A DNA stretch of 22,181 bases from Candidatus Eiseniibacteriota bacterium (GTDB taxonomy: Bacteria; Eisenbacteria; RBG-16-71-46), in the NCBI GenBank assembly GCA_044222065.1, contig JBGAOA010000069.1, positions 1 through 22,181 of the forward strand, in the 5' to 3' direction. The notes beneath the pieces were generated by a model. That model was not told the origin of the DNA. It was given only the letters and a program-made list of their open reading frames with translations, and did no database searches. The stretch's first letter is position 1. Every line of letters starts with the position of its first letter. Made by a program: the position numbers and the translations under genes. Shown here piece after piece: positions 17,532 to 22,181 of the stretch.

Positions 17532-20500
17532 TCACTGCACGACGAGCACCTTCGTGGAGGCCGCTCCGGCGTTCGTCTGGAGCCGCGCGAAGTACACGCC
17601 CGTCCGCAGCCGGCGCGTCTCGAGCGCGATCGCGTGCGGTCCTTCCGTGAACCACTTGCCGTCGGCGAGCGACTCGACGCGGCGGCCGGCGGCGTCGAAC
17701 ACGGCGAGGCTCACGGCGCCCGCGACCGGCAGCGAGAACCGAAGCATCGTGCCGGACCGCGCCGGATTCGGCGTGGCGCCGAGCGCGAGGCGCGAGGGGT
17801 GCGGCGCGTCCCACGGCGCATCGAGCGTCACCGGGATCGTCACCGACGTGAAGCACGGCAGGCCGAGCCCGCCGATGATCGAGAAGTCGCCGCCGGTGTA
17901 GAGCGCGCCGCCGCTGCGCTCGAGCCCGTAGACGATGCCGTTCACGTTCGGATCCCACGTGAACACCGCGGCGCCCGTCGCATCGAGCGCGGCGAGGCGG
18001 TTGCGCGTCTGCCCGCCCACGAACGTGAACGCGCCGCCCGCGAAGACGTTCGCGCCGTCGGAGGCGAGCGCGTACACGATGTTGTTCGCGTTCGGATCCC
18101 ACGACGTCGCGAGTCCGGTCGTCGCGTCGAGCGCGGCGATGCGGTTGCGCGCCTGGCCGCCGATGCTCGTGAACGCGCCGCCCGCCACGATCGTGCCGCC
18201 GTGCCGGGTCATCGCGTAGACGGTGTTGTTCGCGTTCGGATTCCACGCCGTCGCGAGTCCGGTCGTCTTGTCGAGTTGCGCGATGCCGACGCGGGCCTGA
18301 CCGCCGATCGTCCCGAAGAGGCCGCCCGCGTACAGGGTCGAGGCGTCCACGATCATCGTGTACACCTGATTGTTCGCGTTCGGGTTCCACGCGGTGACGG
18401 CGCCGGTGGAGGCGTTCACCGCGGCGATGCGGTTGCGCGCCTGTCCGCCCATGGTCGTGAACGCGCCGCCCGCGTAGAGCGTCGAGCCGTCGAGCGCGAT
18501 CACCTCTACCGTGCTGTTCGGGTTCGGGTTCCACGGCGTCGCCGCGCCCGTGACGACGTCCACCGCCGCGAGCCGGCTGCGCGTCTGCCCGCCGACCGAC
18601 GTGAACGCGCCGCCCAGGTACACGGTGCTCCCGCTCACGACGACGTCGTTCACCTGGCCGTTCGCGTTCGGGTCCCAGTCGGTCAGCGCGCCGGTCGTCG
18701 CGTCGAGCGCCGCGATGCGATTGCGCGTGCGTCCGCCGACGCTCGTGAACAGGCCGCCCGCGTACACTTCGCCGCCGTTCCACGCGAGCGCGTAGACGGC
18801 GTTGTTCGCGTTCGGGTCCCACGGGTTCAGGTTCCCGGTCGAGACGTCGAACGACGCGATGCGGTTGCGCGGCTGGCCCGCCATCGTCGTGAACGCGCCG
18901 CCGACGGCGAGCGTCTGGTTCGAGAGCGCGAGCGCCGAGACCGAACTGTTCGGGTTCGGATTCCAGCTCGTCGCCGCGCCCGACGGGTCGAGCGCGGCGA
19001 GGCGGCCTCGGATCTGGCCGCCGACGTTCGTGAACGTGCCGCCCGCCCACACGAGCGTGTCGTTCGCGGCGAGCGCGTACACGATGTTGTTCGCGTTCGG
19101 ATTCCACGCGGTGGCGGCGCCGGTCGCGAGCGCGATCTTCGCGATGCGGTTGCGCGCCTGCCCGCCGACGTTCGTGAACGCGCCGCCGACGACCATCGAG
19201 TCCGCCTGCGCGGCCAGCGAGTAGACGATGTTGTTCGCGTTCGGATTCCACGCGCCCGCGGCGGCGGTCACGGGATCGAGCGCCGCGAGTCCGCTGCGCG
19301 ACTGCCCGCCGATCGTCGTGAACTGCCCGCCCGCGTAGAGCGTGCCCTCGTGCGCGAGCAGCGCGTACACGGCGAAGTTCGCGTTCGCGTTCCAGCTCGT
19401 CGCCGCGCCGCCCGACGTGTCGAACGCGGCGATGCCGACGCGAGTCTGGCCGCCGGCGAAGTTGAACGTGCCGCCCGCGTACACGCGGCCGCCGATCTTC
19501 GCGAGCGCGTACACGGCGCTGTTCGCGCCCGGATTCCACGGCGCGATCGTGCCGTCGGCACGCACGTGCGCGAGGTTCTGGCGGGCGAGCGAGCCGACGG
19601 ACGTGAACTGGCCGCCGACGTACCAGCCGCCGCTGTCGTCCGGCGCGACCGCATTCACGTTGCCCGAGATCTTCGGGAACGGCGTGTGGGGCATGCCGGT
19701 CGTCGCGTCGAGCGCCGCACCGGAGCCGGTCACGGGCGAGACGAACGTGAAGAGCCCGCACAGGTAGATCGTGTTCCCGAAGCGGTGCACGGTGCCGACC
19801 GCGTTGTTCGCGGTCCACAGCGTGCTGTCGGCGACCTGCGCGTGCGCGGGGGCGTCGAACGCCGGCGCGCCGCAGGCGAGCGACAGCGCGAGCAGCAGCG
19901 CCGCGAACGCGGGCCCCGCCGTCGCGTGCTCGGCGCGCGGCGCGAACGCCTCGCCGATTCCGAACACGCGGCTCACGTCGGTGAGCAGACCGTGCGCCGT
20001 CACTTCCGTCATGCCGCCCGCGAGCGTCACCGCGCGTCCGCCGTACTCGGCGCACAGCATGTACGAGACGAACGCCGCCTTCGCGCGGTTCGCGAGGCGG
20101 TCGTTCTGCGCGCCCGCCTGCATGCCCGACAGCACCGTTCCGGTGTTCGCGATCGCGGCCTCGGCGACGTCGGGCACGCCGTTGCGCACGATCAGCCGGT
20201 GGAGCTGGTCGCGCGCGATGGACGGCCCCGCGGCGGGCTCGATGCGTCCCGGGGCGACGACGAACGCGCCGCCCGGGGAGCGGCGCTTGTCCACCTGGCC
20301 GGCGAACCAGCCGTTCGTCGCGCGGTGCACGAAGCGGGCGCCGAAGAACATCACGGCGAGCCGGACGAGCAGTCCGAGCGCGCCCATGTCGCGCGTGAAG
20401 GTGGCGAATACCGCGATTACGAACATCCCCGCGAGCACGGCCGGCGCGCCGCTCGCGCGCGGCGCCGGCGCCGCCGTCACGGTGAAGCGCACGCGGCCTT

Positions 20501-20534
20501 CGCCGAGCTGTTCCTGCTGGTAGCTGCTGGTCAT
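17532..20534 (-). CDS. 1000-aa fusion: two-TM domain of unknown function, internal signal-like segment, 14-repeat beta-propeller, T9SS-like CTD
   Basis: GGAGG SD before ATG 20534 (MTSSYQQEQ); AFAALLLALSLACG...AHA-Q around residues 209-233; 48-aa repeats; CTD TPNPARSG...VFDAAGRRV...GVYFARL...KVLVVQ. Confidence 0.85.
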   Translation of the reverse strand: MTSSYQQEQLGEGRVRFTVTAAPAPRASGAPAVLAGMFVIAVFATFTRDMGALGLLVRLAVMFFGARFVHRATNGWFAGQVDKRRSPGGAFVVAPGRIEPAAGPSIARDQLHRLIVRNGVPDVAEAAIANTGTVLSGMQAGAQNDRLANRAKAAFVSYMLCAEYGGRAVTLAGGMTEVTAHGLLTDVSRVFGIGEAFAPRAEHATAGPAFAALLLALSLACGAPAFDAPAHAQVADSTLWTANNAVGTVHRFGNTIYLCGLFTFVSPVTGSGAALDATTGMPHTPFPKISGNVNAVAPDDSGGWYVGGQFTSVGSLARQNLAHVRADGTIAPWNPGANSAVYALAKIGGRVYAGGTFNFAGGQTRVGIAAFDTSGGAATSWNANANFAVYALLAHEGTLYAGGQFTTIGGQSRSGLAALDPVTAAAGAWNPNANNIVYSLAAQADSMVVGGAFTNVGGQARNRIAKIALATGAATAWNPNANNIVYALAANDTLVWAGGTFTNVGGQIRGRLAALDPSGAATSWNPNPNSSVSALALSNQTLAVGGAFTTMAGQPRNRIASFDVSTGNLNPWDPNANNAVYALAWNGGEVYAGGLFTSVGGRTRNRIAALDATTGALTDWDPNANGQVNDVVVSGSTVYLGGAFTSVGGQTRSRLAAVDVVTGAATPWNPNPNSTVEVIALDGSTLYAGGAFTTMGGQARNRIAAVNASTGAVTAWNPNANNQVYTMIVDASTLYAGGLFGTIGGQARVGIAQLDKTTGLATAWNPNANNTVYAMTRHGGTIVAGGAFTSIGGQARNRIAALDATTGLATSWDPNANNIVYALASDGANVFAGGAFTFVGGQTRNRLAALDATGAAVFTWDPNVNGIVYGLERSGGALYTGGDFSIIGGLGLPCFTSVTIPVTLDAPWDAPHPSRLALGATPNPARSGTMLRFSLPVAGAVSLAVFDAAGRRVESLADGKWFTEGPHAIALETRRLRTGVYFARLQTNAGAASTKVLVVQ
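17840..19820 (-). repeat. About 14 intragenic tandem repeats of about 144 bp (48 aa)
   Basis: Consensus VYALAxxGxxxYAGGxFTxVGGQxRNRIAALDxTTGAATxWNPNANN; on the + strand GTTGTTCGCGTTCGG and GCGATGCGGTTGCGCG recur. Confidence 0.9.
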
Positions 20535-20684
20535 CGTCGTCCTCCGCGTGTGGGGTTGCCGCGAATCGTGCGTCGCGGCGCGAGAAAAAGCGTGGGGGGC
20601 GGCGGCCTCGCCCTTATGCTTCTCGCCCCCCGGAGGGCCGATGGCCCTCGGATCCCATTGCGAAGAACTCCCGCGAGAACCGTC

Positions 20685-21257
20685 ATGGCCGAACCCCACG
20701 ATCGACCCGGCGACTCTCCGACCTCCGTTCCGCCCGAGGGCGCCGAGCGGAGGCGGTTCGACGACGCCTTCAGCGCCGCCTACGAGGAACTGCGGCGGCT
20801 CGCCGCGAGCGTGCGGCGTCACGAGCGCGCCCAGACGCTGAACCCGACGGCGCTCGTGAACGAGGCGTGGCTCAAGCTCGCGGGCTCGCCGCGCGTCGCG
20901 GACACCTCGCCGCTCCACTTCCGCCGCATCGCCGCGCGCGCGATGCGGCAGGTGCTGATCGAGGCCGCGCGGCGCCGCACGGCCGAGAAGCGCGGCGGCC
21001 CGGACGCCGTGATCGTCACGCTCGACGAGGCGGCGCACGGCGGCGTCGGGTGGGCGGCCGACGTGATCGGGCTCGAGGACGCGCTCGAGTCGCTCGCCCG
21101 GCTCGAACCGCGCCAGGCGCAGCTCGTCGAATACCGGTTCTTCGGCGGACTCGAAGTGGCCGAGGCCGCGGAACTGCTCGGCGTGTCCGAGGCGACCGCG
21201 CTGCGCGACTGGCGTGCGGCGCGCGCGTACCTCGCAAACGCCCTGTCGGACCGCTGA
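20685..21257 (+). CDS. ECF sigma factor, TIGR02999/ECF43-like (kinase-associated)
   Basis: YEELRRLA...QTLNPTALVNEAWLKL...HFRRIAARAMRQVLIEAARRRTAEKRGG...RQAQLVEYRFFGGL...LGVSEATALRDWRAARAYL; tail of track ORF 17634..21257. Confidence 0.93.
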   Translation: MAEPHDRPGDSPTSVPPEGAERRRFDDAFSAAYEELRRLAASVRRHERAQTLNPTALVNEAWLKLAGSPRVADTSPLHFRRIAARAMRQVLIEAARRRTAEKRGGPDAVIVTLDEAAHGGVGWAADVIGLEDALESLARLEPRQAQLVEYRFFGGLEVAEAAELLGVSEATALRDWRAARAYLANALSDR

Positions 21258-21273
21258 GGCGCAGGACCGCACG

Positions 21274-22181
21274 GTGGATCGCGAACTCTGGCGGCGGGTG
21301 CAGGCGCTCTTCCACGAGGCGGTCGAGCGCCCGGCCGGCGAGCGGCGCGCGTTCGTCGAGTCGCACGCGGAAGGGGACGCGGCGCTCGCGCGCGAGGTGC
21401 TCGCGCTGATCGAGGCCGACGAGCGCGGCGATTCGCTGCTGCACCGCGGGCTCGAGGGCGTCGCGAGCGCTGCGCTCGGCGACGGCGGCGGCGCGCCGCC
21501 GCGCGAGCTCGGGCCCTACGCGCTGCTGCGTCCGATCGGCGAGGGCGGCATGGGCGTCGTGTACCTCGCCGAGCGTCGCGACCTCGGCAACCAGGTCGCG
21601 ATCAAGTTCCTGCGCGACGCGTGGCTGAGCCCGGCGCGCCGCGAGCGCTTCGCGGCCGAGCAGCGCACGCTCGCGCGGCTCAACCACCCGTGCATCGCGC
21701 GGCTCTACGACGCGGACGCGCTGCCGGACGGCACGCCGTGGTTCGCGATGGAGTACGTGGACGGCGAGCCGATCACGCACTGGTGCGATTCCCGCCGCGC
21801 CGATCTCGGCCAGCGCCTGCGGCTCTTCCGCTCGGCGTGCGAAGCGGTGCTGCACGCGCACCAGCACGCCGTGATCCACCGCGATCTCAAGCCCTCGAAC
21901 ATCCTCGTGACGCACGGCGGCCAGACGAAGCTGCTCGACTTCGGCATCGCGAAGCCGCTCGCGCCCGGCGCCGACGACGCGACGCGCACGATGATGCGCC
22001 TGATGACGCCCGCCTACGCGGCGCCCGAGCAGTTCGCGGGCGGCGAACTCGGCGTCCACACTGACGTGTACGCGCTCGGCGCGATCCTCTACGAACTGCT
22101 GACCGGCCGTCCGCCGCTCGACCTCGCCTCGCTCTCGGCGACCGAGGCCGAGCGTCTCGTGCTCGAGCGCGCGCCGGAGCG
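21274..22181 (+). CDS. Hanks-type Ser/Thr protein kinase, 3'-partial
   Basis: Not in the ORF track (no stop inside the window). GTG 21274: MDRELWRRVQALFHEA...; IGEGGMGVVYLA, VAIK, HRDLKPSNILV, DFGIAK, MTPAYAAPEQ, DVYALG. Confidence 0.95.
   Translation, partial: MDRELWRRVQALFHEAVERPAGERRAFVESHAEGDAALAREVLALIEADERGDSLLHRGLEGVASAALGDGGGAPPRELGPYALLRPIGEGGMGVVYLAERRDLGNQVAIKFLRDAWLSPARRERFAAEQRTLARLNHPCIARLYDADALPDGTPWFAMEYVDGEPITHWCDSRRADLGQRLRLFRSACEAVLHAHQHAVIHRDLKPSNILVTHGGQTKLLDFGIAKPLAPGADDATRTMMRLMTPAYAAPEQFAGGELGVHTDVYALGAILYELLTGRPPLDLASLSATEAERLVLERAPE

Noticed and set aside
17840..19820. Regularly spaced DNA repeats as a CRISPR array or DGR template
   Set aside because: The period of about 144 bp is in frame, repeats vary at synonymous positions and encode propeller blades; no cas or reverse transcriptase genes.
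20535..21272. N-terminal 246 aa of track ORF 17532..21272
   Set aside because: Antisense to the ECF sigma gene; the real start is ATG 20534 with a GGAGG SD.

Overview
Very GC-rich bacterial chromosomal window with no integrase, transposase, CRISPR array or rRNA. The left part holds a 5'-truncated PAS hybrid histidine kinase, a monoheme cytochrome c, an exported M1 aminopeptidase, a tRNA-Ser(TGA)/Ser(GCT)/Arg(ACG) cluster with a clear sigma70 promoter and terminator, an exported hypothetical protein, tadA, and a Crp/Fnr regulator convergent with a DUF2892 gene that has a perfect CRP box upstream. The middle holds a cluster of exported proteins: three end in a T9SS-type-A/FlgD-Ig-like C-terminal domain and one ends in a TWGxxKxxYR tail. 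One of them carries a VWA7/Het-C-like zinc-hydrolase domain. These tails suggest an Eisenbacteria/FCB-related lineage (inference). The right part holds minus-strand SRPBCC, thioredoxin, DUF6483-like and stand-alone CZB genes. Upstream of them is a 1000-aa protein in which a two-TM domain is fused through an internal signal-peptide-like segment to a 14-repeat beta-propeller and a fourth sorting-type CTD. This gene is divergent from an ECF43-type sigma factor and a Ser/Thr kinase (3'-truncated). The best candidate for an undescribed system is this kinase/ECF-linked, internally cleaved secreted polyprotein together with the dual C-terminal sorting-tag secretome. All family calls come from motif recognition, not database searches.
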